From the NCBI GenBank assembly GCA_030668875.1, contig DAOVER010000049.1, positions 1 through 20,760 of the forward strand: a stretch of DNA of 20,760 nt, written 5' to 3'. The translations under genes and the position numbers were made by a program. Source of the stretch: Candidatus Heimdallarchaeota archaeon (GTDB lineage: Archaea; Asgardarchaeota; Heimdallarchaeia; Heimdallarchaeales; Heimdallarchaeaceae). Positions 8,967 to 17,103 of the stretch are shown in pieces. A model generated the notes under the pieces. That model did not search any database and was not told where the DNA came from. It worked only from the letters and a program-made list of their open reading frames with translations. Each line of letters opens with the position of its first letter. Position 1 is the stretch's first letter.

Positions 8967-9209
8967 ATGGAAGTCTTTATTACTAAGCAATTCATAACCA
9001 GAAAATATACGAAACATGATTTCACTTTTCCCTTAAATTTAGATGATAAAATCAATCTTTTTGAAGATTTGATTTTAGGTTGGCAGTTAGAGATTGCAGA
9101 ACAGCTAATAAATGGTTATAAAGATGAATGTAACAATATTCACAGTGGGATTCCTCATTCAGGTTTTGCTACTTTAAGCATTATTCTTTTTGTTTCTTTC
9201 TCTGAGTAG
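8967..9209 (+). pseudogene. Probable 3'-truncated gene; its last codons are the antisense of the TPR-like gene end
   Basis: Protein-like N-terminus (KINLFEDLILGWQLEIAEQLING...IPHSGFATLSII) runs into repeat copy B at 9179-9186 and stops 8 codons later. Confidence 0.5.
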
Positions 9210-10876
9210 GCGTTAAACAAGTCTCTGTAGATAGCTCTTTGAAACTTCTTCTTATTTTCTCTTTCAACTGTATCTCTACTAACTATTTGTTTGTAAAGGA
9301 TAATCTCATCATAGAGTTTTACTAAACCTTCTTGTTGACATTTCTTTTCCAATGCAGTTAGTTTCTGAAAGATTACCTTGTTACTCACTCCTTGCAGATA
9401 GGAGTAGATATATGCAAATGCTTCCGCCATTATTCTTAACGAACTATTTTCTATCTGTTCTATCTTCCCCAGATACATCTCCATTATTTGCATGAACTCA
9501 CCATAATTTCCTGTGGAAAGCAAGAGTTTAGCGATTAAGAGATTAGCAAAGATATTCTCCGTTTTATCTTCTTCTTTTCCATTAACGAAATTTTCCATCG
9601 TCTTCTCTACTTTCTTTCTATATCCTCCTGAACTATGAGAATTAATCTCTATCAAATAGTCTATGACATTCTTCAAACGTTTCTCGATATATTTCTCATC
9701 TTTCTCTATTATGGCTTCCAGTGTCTCTACTTTTATCCCAGAATAAACGAGTAATTCTCCCAAGATTTGCGAACTTACAGTTAGATTCTTGGTAAATGGG
9801 ATCAATGAGAGAATACTTTCCTCATTTGTCATCATCATTAGTCCTTTATGAACAGAGTAATAGAGCAAAGAGATGTTTAAGGAAGTGATAAGGAAAGAGT
9901 ATAAATCTTTGGTCAACATCATTTTGGTTCTACGATGATTAACCACTGATTGAAGATCTATTATGGTTTCTTTTATTCCTTCAAAATCCCCTCTCTCAGC
10001 ATAGATTCTTGCCAGTAGTTGGAGACTACCAATATAAAAGAAAACATTTTGTCCTAGATGCACTCTGTCTTTATTCAACTCTTTGGAAGTTAAGAGATGC
10101 ATCTCAGCTTGAGTTCTAAAAGAATTGTAGAGAAACAGGTTGCCTAACATGTTGTGTGCTAATGCTCGACTATCATCTGAAAGAGTAGAAAAGAGGTGTG
10201 TTTGACTTCTACATTCGACGAGTATTTCACTCATTTTTTCCTCTTGATTAGTCCTCGAATAGATTTTAGTCAAATGTAGACAAGTTTTGAAGAGAGGGAC
10301 CATCATTTTTTCCTCAATAAAGTATTTTCTACATTCTTCAAAATGTTCTGCAACTGTAAAATCTCCTTCTTCAGTGAACACACCATAAGCAAAAGAAAAT
10401 AGTATGGCATGATAATTCATTTTTGATGGGTCAGGGAGTGTATTCATTATCTCCATAGCTTTCTCTCTTGCTTCAATTGCTTCATCGTAATTTTTCTTCA
10501 GTTTCTCTACTTGCCAGATGAGGATTAAAGCTAGAGCCTTCCCCTCTGGAAAACTGTTCTGATCAGCTAATCGTTCCATACGAGAGATAATACCTTCGAC
10601 TTCAGGTAGAAGATCAATCCTACCAAAAAATAGTCCTTGTTTAGTATAAAGTAGATCAATATGAGAACCATAATCACCTAATTCTTGGCTTTTCTCAATA
10701 GTTTTATTGATAATCTCTAAAGCTTCTTTCTCTTCCCAATTCCTGTAACTCTTTCTAATTTCCAGAACAATTTCATGTAATTCTTCTACTGTATTTATCT
10801 CTTCTACCTGTTCTCCCAAAGGGTGAGAATAGTTTTTTACTGCTAAACTTTTTTCCACTTCGTACACCTTTACCAT
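9155..10876 (-). CDS. All-helical TPR-like protein
   Basis: 573-aa ORF with TPR-like helical pairs (LAHNMLGNLFLY, LQLLARIYAERGDFE). An alternative GTG start at 10858 has a GGTG RBS. BRE/TATA CTAAAG-ATA-TTTATA lies at 10944-10930. Confidence 0.8.
   Translation of the reverse strand: MVKVYEVEKSLAVKNYSHPLGEQVEEINTVEELHEIVLEIRKSYRNWEEKEALEIINKTIEKSQELGDYGSHIDLLYTKQGLFFGRIDLLPEVEGIISRMERLADQNSFPEGKALALILIWQVEKLKKNYDEAIEAREKAMEIMNTLPDPSKMNYHAILFSFAYGVFTEEGDFTVAEHFEECRKYFIEEKMMVPLFKTCLHLTKIYSRTNQEEKMSEILVECRSQTHLFSTLSDDSRALAHNMLGNLFLYNSFRTQAEMHLLTSKELNKDRVHLGQNVFFYIGSLQLLARIYAERGDFEGIKETIIDLQSVVNHRRTKMMLTKDLYSFLITSLNISLLYYSVHKGLMMMTNEESILSLIPFTKNLTVSSQILGELLVYSGIKVETLEAIIEKDEKYIEKRLKNVIDYLIEINSHSSGGYRKKVEKTMENFVNGKEEDKTENIFANLLIAKLLLSTGNYGEFMQIMEMYLGKIEQIENSSLRIMAEAFAYIYSYLQGVSNKVIFQKLTALEKKCQQEGLVKLYDEIILYKQIVSRDTVERENKKKFQRAIYRDLFNAYSEKETKRIMLKVAKPE
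9179..9770. repeat. Direct repeat copy B (592 bp)
   Basis: See copy A; this copy lies inside the intact TPR-like gene. Confidence 0.95.
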
Positions 10877-10881
10877 GTCTA

Positions 10882-10910
10882 AAAGTGGGATTATTGAACA
10901 AAAAGGGTAA
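10882..10910 (-). promoter_or_regulatory. Repeated leader motif, copy 1 (TTACCCTTTTTGTTCAATAATCCCACTTT)
   Basis: 26/29 identical to 17542-17570. Lies between the TATA box and the start codon of the TPR-like gene. Confidence 0.75.
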
Positions 10911-11062
10911 ACTATGATTCACAAATTCGTATAAATATCTTTAGGAAAGAAAACAATTTGTAATATCACTTTTTTTCTTGCCTTCTGCTACATAGATAAT
11001 ATTTTTCTCTATATGACAAATACTTATAAAATTAGAGACTGAAATTCATGAGATGAAATAGA

Positions 11063-11770
11063 ATGGAATATGATACAATTATATATCTGCCATTTTCAAA
11101 TAAGAAAGATATAGTAGATGCCTTAAATATACTTTTATCACGCAATAATGGAAAATTATATGTGATTCGAACTTTACTAATTGAACAAGTAATTGATGGT
11201 ATTGATTTGAAGATTCGAGAAATTCAAGATGAAATTCAAAATTCAAAAGTAGATCTAGAGCAAATAGAATGCATGGGTACATCTCAAGAGATGACCATTC
11301 AGCTTTACAAGCATATAAATAAGGTAGGGAAAAGAAAAACTTTCTTTGAAACCCCTCCATTAATAATAATATGGTTTCCTGTGATGAGTGAAGCATCATT
11401 GATTTTTGCTTTAACAATTGCAGGTTCTCATTTTGATCACGTTTACTTCATGACTAAGGAAGATGGAATATATTCTCCAAACAATATTATGAAACCTCCC
11501 TTGCAGAAAATACCTCTAGATTTTAATGAATTGGAACTTCTAAAAATGCTAGAAGATGGGAAATCTCTAACTGTGAAAGAATTAGCTGAAGAAATAGGTG
11601 TTACATCAAGTAGTATCTATCCAACAATTGAAAAACTCAAACGCAATGCTCCACTTCTCTCAATTAGAAAAGAAGGTCGTACAAAAAACTATAGTATTAG
11701 TGATTTAGGAAGATTTGTATTGAAACTCAGTTATCCTGACTCATCTCCAAAAAGAATAAAAATAGATTAG
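11063..11770 (+). CDS. CARF-like Rossmann domain plus wHTH transcription regulator (Csa3/DUF6293-like architecture)
   Basis: Clear C-terminal wHTH (LTVKELAEEIGVTSSSIYPTIEKLK...RKEGRTKNYSISDLG). The N-terminal alternating beta/alpha pattern matches CARF by eye. CTTATAAA TATA box at 11023-11030. Confidence 0.7.
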   Translation: MEYDTIIYLPFSNKKDIVDALNILLSRNNGKLYVIRTLLIEQVIDGIDLKIREIQDEIQNSKVDLEQIECMGTSQEMTIQLYKHINKVGKRKTFFETPPLIIIWFPVMSEASLIFALTIAGSHFDHVYFMTKEDGIYSPNNIMKPPLQKIPLDFNELELLKMLEDGKSLTVKELAEEIGVTSSSIYPTIEKLKRNAPLLSIRKEGRTKNYSISDLGRFVLKLSYPDSSPKRIKID

Positions 11771-11833
11771 ATTGAAAATCATATTCATCCTGAATTGGCA
11801 CTAGTATGTTCACTAGACAGTAATGAAATTTAT

Positions 11834-14800
11834 TCAATCATTGGATACCCAAGGTTCTACTGTATCTTCTTGAATTTTATTAATTTCTTCTTTGCTAAAA
11901 GCAAAAAGCTCTAATGCCAAGGAATCAATTTCTCTTTCTACTTTTTCTTTTGTTGCTTTATTTTCTTTGACCGTCATAAAGAATTTCTCAATTTTTTCTA
12001 TAAAGAACTTAGCATCTTTTTCAGTTTTTGGTATTTTGAGTACAAGTAAATCTTCTATTGGTGTTTCTGATTCTTCCCATTTTCTTCCTTTTAATATCAA
12101 AAATATGCCTTTTGCAATAATATCTGAAGTGCATGTAATTTCACCTTGTCCTACTTTTACAACTTTCTCTTCTAATAAAAGAGAGGGCTCACTTATTGAA
12201 TCGAGATTTGTTATTTGTGAAATTAATGCAGATTGCACCATTGGTTGTAAGTCGATTTGATTTAAAGTTTGATTGGTGTGTTGATAAATGTCAATCTCTT
12301 CTTCATGAGATAATCTTATCTTTACAAGTTCTGTAATTCTCGATACAAGTTTATTTTGATCTTCTGTTTGTGGTATTAAAATAGGGATATCATCAAGAAT
12401 GCTTCCATCTAATTGATAGTATCCTCCTCGCTTAACTGCACCTTTGTGTCTAAAATAGTAAGAGAATGCAGATGAATTTAATAATCCGAGAATATAAAAT
12501 CTTGAAATTCCTAAACTTAAAAGATTTTTTTCATTAAGTATAATGCCATAAACCCCTGCTGTTCCTCCAACATAAGCATACCCTCCCTTATTAAGGGTGA
12601 AATTTGGATAATTGTTTAAAGCAGGAGTTATAATAATTCCTTTTTTGTAGATTTGGAACTCTCTTGGTCGAGTAAGACGATGCCATTGAACTGTGTCTCC
12701 AAAAGATTGTGTTCTAGAAATCTTTCGTGAACTGATATCATTTTTATGTGCTGATAGATATTCATAGCATTTGGGGTAGTTTCTCCTTATATCATCAATG
12801 GGGATGACATTTGTTTTAGTTCCATCTTGCTTATAATAAAAAAGAACATACTTATCATAATCTATTTTTGAAAAACGTTTTACATTCCTGCCGTGAATAA
12901 TTGGTTTTAATAGTTTTTGTTCTATTTCAATTTCAGTAAAATTTCTTCTTTTGATTTCTATTAATGGAATAATTCTTCTAAGTCCTTTCTTGTCTGTAGT
13001 TGAACCTTCTTTTCCTATAAAAACTGAATCATTTCCAGTTAATATTCCTTGTTTTGATTCTCCTCCAATAGAACTCAGTGTTTTAGAACAGCTATTTACT
13101 ATCTTCGATATAATGGGATTATCAATAGATGTTTCATATTTCCATTTTTCTTTACTTTTAAGATTCTTTTGTGATAACTTTAATGTGGTGATCTCTGGAA
13201 CCACAGTTTTATTTCGAAGAATCTCAAGAATATTAAGTATTTCTTCTTTCATATAATTATAATTGACTTCATTTTCATTTCTCTCTATCTCATTCAAGCA
13301 TTTTTCTACTATGATAATGGACGTATAATTAGTAGCATCAAGAAATTGTCCGAATTTTTGAAAATCTGTTATTTCTAAGATTTTAGTTTTCTTCAAGAAT
13401 TCCTCTTTAATTCCTTCTCCTGCCTTCTTAATTAGAAATTGATCGGATACTATATAGCCAAGCTTCCCTCCTGCTTTCAACAGATCTAAGCCAAGTTTCA
13501 AAAAAAGAATATAAAGATCTGTTCTACCTATAGCTACATTAGGGTAATTTGCCTTGTAGATTGAGTAGAGCTCATTTGGTATAGAAGTTAAATGGACATA
13601 TGGAGGGTTTCCTATGACATAGTCATATTTTGTTTCCTTTAATTTTGTAATTTGTTTTTGTTCATCAGCATAAATTTTAACTCTTTCATTTATTCTAAAA
13701 AAATCATCCAGTGTTTTCTTTGCATTTTTTGAAATAGGTCCTATTAGTGAATCAGTATGAAATATATTGATTCTTCTAAATTTAAATGATGGTTCATCTT
13801 TTGCAACTTTTATTAGGTCTATTAATTGAAATAGAATATTCATTTCAGCTATATGGCAGGCAAAAGGATTTATGTCCCATCCAACTAAATTATCAATTAC
13901 CACTGTTAAAATTTCATTGGCTTCACTTGGACTAAGTTCGTTAATTGATTTTTTTCCAAAGAGATCTAAAAACGATTTGACTAATCTCTTTGTTGCTTGT
14001 ATGAGAAAACCTCCACTACCACAAGCTGGATCTAAAATTTTTTTTCCTCTAATGTTTTGACCTTCATATCCAATAGAATCCAATATGTAGTTTATAACCT
14101 GAACTGGTGTATAAAACTCACCTAGTTCTTTTCTTTCTTCTTTTGGTAGATATTTCTCGTAAAGATTGCCTAATATATCTTGGTTTACATCTGAAAAATC
14201 AAATTGATTTAAAATCCATAACATTCTATTGAGAAGTCTATCTAACTCTCCATCGCCTGCAATATACCAGTCCAATATTCCTGGTTCGTAGAAGTGGCTA
14301 TAAAGATCTTTCGCATTATTAAATGCAAAATTAATTACACTTTTGTATTTCTGTTTTTTTTCTGTAATAAACTCTCGGAGAGTTTCAATTCCTCCATTTG
14401 ATAAATGTGGTTTAATTAGTTCCTTATCTTCTGATATTCTTATGAAAAGAATTTTATTTAGTAGAACATATATTGTCTCCTTGCAAAATAATATTTTGTT
14501 AGCTTCAGAACTGTCTTTTACTCTTCCTGAATAAATTTTCCATGCTTCAAAACCAAAATCCTTGTATTGAATGTAATCTGAATTAAGTTTCATTAAAGAA
14601 CGTTCGAGTAGTGCTAATTCTTCACCACCAGAACTCTGATTCTTTTGACTTTTTATGCTCTCTCTTATCGTGGAATACTCTTGGTATCTTTTATAATAGA
14701 TATCAAAAGATCTAAGAGCATATTCCATTAATATTTCGTTAATCATTCTATTAGTTTGAAAAAGCAGATGTTCAAATCCCTCTGGTTCAGAAATCTTTAC

Positions 14801-15352
14801 CTTATGATAAAGTATCCCAAAATCCTCATAAATTTCACTATCATATATAATGTACTTTCTAAGCTTGTAAATAAATAATAATTGTTGTATTTCTTTACTT
14901 GTTAATATGTTCTCTATTTTCCCTCCCTTTTCTAATTTTTTCTTCAGCTCATCTAAACTGAATTTTACTCTTAGTATAATCTTTTTACTTGTGGAGTCAA
15001 TTTCCCATACCCATACAAAATTGATGTTTGTTCCAACCAGATACCTTGTTGCCGATTTTGCATATCTTTTAAGTTGTTCTAGTATTTTTTTTTCGTTTTC
15101 CTTATTCAATGCTTTTGTTTCAACAATTATTACTGGATTTTTTTCTTTATCATAGATTACAACATCACAAAAATTCTGTTCAACTGAATATTCCTCGTCA
15201 GTATATTTCCATAAACCTGCTATTATCTCATTTATCCATCTATATCTACAATCCATTTCAGAATCTGTAGGAGTTGTTGAATTATAGACTTTCATTAGAC
15301 TCTTAAAAACCACTATTTCATTAGAGACAATTTTCTTTGCCAATTGAACCAC
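11834..15352 (-). CDS. Type IIG restriction-modification enzyme (fused endonuclease, N6-adenine methyltransferase and TaqI_C-like recognition domain)
   Basis: N-terminal CDVVIY...IIVETKA nuclease motif, LGEFYTP, motif I ILDPACGSGGFL, motif IV VIGNPPY. TTTAAATA TATA-like box at 15384-15377. Confidence 0.95.
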   Translation of the reverse strand: MVQLAKKIVSNEIVVFKSLMKVYNSTTPTDSEMDCRYRWINEIIAGLWKYTDEEYSVEQNFCDVVIYDKEKNPVIIVETKALNKENEKKILEQLKRYAKSATRYLVGTNINFVWVWEIDSTSKKIILRVKFSLDELKKKLEKGGKIENILTSKEIQQLLFIYKLRKYIIYDSEIYEDFGILYHKVKISEPEGFEHLLFQTNRMINEILMEYALRSFDIYYKRYQEYSTIRESIKSQKNQSSGGEELALLERSLMKLNSDYIQYKDFGFEAWKIYSGRVKDSSEANKILFCKETIYVLLNKILFIRISEDKELIKPHLSNGGIETLREFITEKKQKYKSVINFAFNNAKDLYSHFYEPGILDWYIAGDGELDRLLNRMLWILNQFDFSDVNQDILGNLYEKYLPKEERKELGEFYTPVQVINYILDSIGYEGQNIRGKKILDPACGSGGFLIQATKRLVKSFLDLFGKKSINELSPSEANEILTVVIDNLVGWDINPFACHIAEMNILFQLIDLIKVAKDEPSFKFRRINIFHTDSLIGPISKNAKKTLDDFFRINERVKIYADEQKQITKLKETKYDYVIGNPPYVHLTSIPNELYSIYKANYPNVAIGRTDLYILFLKLGLDLLKAGGKLGYIVSDQFLIKKAGEGIKEEFLKKTKILEITDFQKFGQFLDATNYTSIIIVEKCLNEIERNENEVNYNYMKEEILNILEILRNKTVVPEITTLKLSQKNLKSKEKWKYETSIDNPIISKIVNSCSKTLSSIGGESKQGILTGNDSVFIGKEGSTTDKKGLRRIIPLIEIKRRNFTEIEIEQKLLKPIIHGRNVKRFSKIDYDKYVLFYYKQDGTKTNVIPIDDIRRNYPKCYEYLSAHKNDISSRKISRTQSFGDTVQWHRLTRPREFQIYKKGIIITPALNNYPNFTLNKGGYAYVGGTAGVYGIILNEKNLLSLGISRFYILGLLNSSAFSYYFRHKGAVKRGGYYQLDGSILDDIPILIPQTEDQNKLVSRITELVKIRLSHEEEIDIYQHTNQTLNQIDLQPMVQSALISQITNLDSISEPSLLLEEKVVKVGQGEITCTSDIIAKGIFLILKGRKWEESETPIEDLLVLKIPKTEKDAKFFIEKIEKFFMTVKENKATKEKVEREIDSLALELFAFSKEEINKIQEDTVEPWVSND

Positions 15353-15464
15353 TTCAATCCAAATATATACTTAAGATATTTAAATGAATCACATTAAATT
15401 TTTTGGGATAATAGAAGACGAAATCTAAAATTTATGTAAAAATGCTTCAAGCACCTAAAAATAT

Positions 15465-15748
15465 GAACTTTTGCTAGTATCACAGAAATGTGGTAAGAGT
15501 GTTTTAACATAAAGGTCGTGTCCATAAGACGACATAGAACTTCTAAGTAGTGTGTTGTATACTACTAGCTTAATCAAAGTCGTTCTTAAAAAGCGACAAT
15601 TGAAAAGAAACTCTTTTTCATACTCTTAAAAGATTTAGCTTAGATGGATCCATTCGTTTTTTGAGATTGACAAGTTTCAAGCATTGCCTGATTAGGATAT
15701 CTTTGCATCCAAACTTTCCTTGTAGCACTCTTTCAAGTTTTTTATTTT
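15465..15748 (+). ncRNA. Candidate structured non-coding RNA of unknown family
   Basis: No credible ORF in the interval. Nested long-range helices (15465-70/15735-40 and 15495-503/15724-32), at least five internal hairpins, a GAAA tetraloop, G-U pairs that work only on the + strand, and a 3' oligo-T tract. Confidence 0.5.
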
Positions 15749-15760
15749 GAAATATCCCTT

Positions 15761-16345
15761 TTATTCACCCATATCTATCTTTATCATCTCTTCTATTCCT
15801 AATCCTTTCCTCTTTTTATCATCTAGAAACATTCCTAATAATGTGAAAACAGGTGACTCTGTTTTCCCTGTTTCATGAATGTCAAAATACTCCTTCATAT
15901 CAAGTAATGCATCCTTAAAAGATTTAGTTTCTAAACCTGCATCTTTACATTTTAGTAAAACTTCTTTCCTTTTTTCTTCTGTTCGATAAGTATAGAAGTA
16001 AAATATTATTTTTCTTATTTTCTTCTTGGTCATCCACTTATAGTGCTCAGTCTCTTTCAGATATTTTTCAGCTAAATCAAAGAAAAACTTTGTATTTCCC
16101 CATTCTTTTGTAGCCACCTTAGTTGCTAATTCTGTTGTTACACTTACTATCAACAACTCTTCTTCATTTATGGCTAAAACATCTAAATCTCTATATCCTC
16201 GCTGTTTCTTGTTTTCCAATTTGCTCCAAAAGAATCTAGTAGTTGTAGTAATATAACCTAACATATCCAACCATATTTGAACAATTTTTTCATAAGCTTC
16301 AGGATAGCCAGAAACTGCAGGATAATCCATTATATCTTCAATCAT
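15761..16345 (-). CDS. PD-(D/E)xK restriction-endonuclease-fold protein (Mrr/Hjc-like) with atypical third motif
   Basis: EAYEKIVQIWLDMLGY...RDLDVLAI...LLIVSVTT. AGGT-rich RBS. Purine-rich BRE plus TATAAAAA at 16402-16395. Confidence 0.7.
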   Translation of the reverse strand: MIEDIMDYPAVSGYPEAYEKIVQIWLDMLGYITTTTRFFWSKLENKKQRGYRDLDVLAINEEELLIVSVTTELATKVATKEWGNTKFFFDLAEKYLKETEHYKWMTKKKIRKIIFYFYTYRTEEKRKEVLLKCKDAGLETKSFKDALLDMKEYFDIHETGKTESPVFTLLGMFLDDKKRKGLGIEEMIKIDMGE

Positions 16346-16432
16346 TCTTTTACCTTACCTTGTAGAATTTCTTGAATAGTAGAAATATTCACATTTTTTA
16401 TACTTTTTCCCCATTTACTTCAATGAGTAGAT

Positions 16433-16798
16433 ATGGCTTTCAGTCTATGGGGTGGTTCTGAAGAATCTAGAGATGCTTCTTGGAGTTCGTTTGAGAACAG
16501 AGTGGAGTTAATTCTTAAGGAAAGGAAAACTATCCATTTAGATCAGTTACTCAAACTCATGTGGGGAGGTTACAATCTTCTTACTAACTATCAGGGTATT
16601 CTTGAAGGTTTAAAACATCTTGCTGAAGAGGGGAAGATTATCTTCAACAATAAACAACTCTCTCTTGCCACTATCACTGTTTTCGAAGATGGGGAGTTTG
16701 TTGAACGAGCTGTTTGGGATATCATCCACAAGGAAAAGGAAATTGAGAAGAAGAAAGAGATCATTCGTAGGTATAACCAAGCTAACGATTTTGAGTAA
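16433..16798 (+). CDS. Hypothetical protein, possible winged-helix fold
   Basis: 121-aa ORF. VELILKERKTIHLDQLLKLM...ILEGLKHLAEEGKIIF is wHTH-like. TTTTTATA ~30 nt upstream. Confidence 0.7.
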   Translation: MAFSLWGGSEESRDASWSSFENRVELILKERKTIHLDQLLKLMWGGYNLLTNYQGILEGLKHLAEEGKIIFNNKQLSLATITVFEDGEFVERAVWDIIHKEKEIEKKKEIIRRYNQANDFE

Positions 16799-16806
16799 AG
16801 AATAAG

Positions 16807-16872
16807 GTGGGTTTGCCTTCATGGCAAACCCATAGGGAAGTGAGTAAGTACTTGCATGAAATACTTACACTT
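16807..16872. repeat. Two adjacent inverted repeats (stem-loops) between convergent genes
   Basis: TGGGTTTGCC-TTCAT-GGCAAACCCA (perfect 10 bp, 16808-16832) and AAGTG-AG-TAAGTA...TACTTA-CACTT (16838-16872). Confidence 0.85.
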
Positions 16873-16935
16873 GAAGCAGATAAACTACTTCAAATTATAT
16901 TAATTCAACAGAATAAATAAATGTAATTGTTATAT

Positions 16936-17097
16936 TCAACGTTCAACAAAATCTATCAGTTTTCCTCTATTGACTACTCCACAGTTTCTGCAAACTATCT
17001 CTCCTCTTATTTCATCTATTAGGAAGGAGTTTTTCCCACATTCTGTACAAGATTCTTCTTCTCTCCGATTTATTTGTCTCTGTTCTACTTCTGTCAT
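16936..17097 (-). CDS. Stand-alone TFB/TFIIB-type zinc-ribbon microprotein (53 aa; not in the ORF track)
   Basis: MTEVEQRQINRREEESCTECGKNSFLIDEIRGEIVCRNCGVVNRGKLIDFVER. Matches the TFB pattern CxxC..D..RGEIVCxxCG.V..ID. The GGTGAG RBS overlaps the upstream stop. Confidence 0.88.
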   Translation of the reverse strand: MTEVEQRQINRREEESCTECGKNSFLIDEIRGEIVCRNCGVVNRGKLIDFVER

Positions 17098-17103
17098 TAT
17101 AAC

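Noticed and set aside
15085-15093. A9 tract in the R-M gene as a phase-variation switch
   Set aside because: The frame is intact and such runs are common at this AT content.
11079-15155. ORFs 11079-11417 (-) and 11892-12260, 12951-13256, 13872-14060, 14343-14534, 14907-15155 (+)
   Set aside because: Antisense shadows of the regulator and the R-M gene.
15465-15748. RNase P, SRP RNA, group I/II intron, hammerhead or CRISPR identity for the structured region
   Set aside because: The conserved motifs are absent or out of order, and there are no regularly spaced repeats.
16610-16822. Overlapping ORFs 16610-16822 (-) and 16620-16805 (+)
   Set aside because: Alternative frames over the better-supported 16433-16798 gene.
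16838-16872. SECIS element (GUGA...AAA loop)
   Set aside because: No 3' GA for the tandem G-A quartet, helix too short, and far from the TGA-containing gene.
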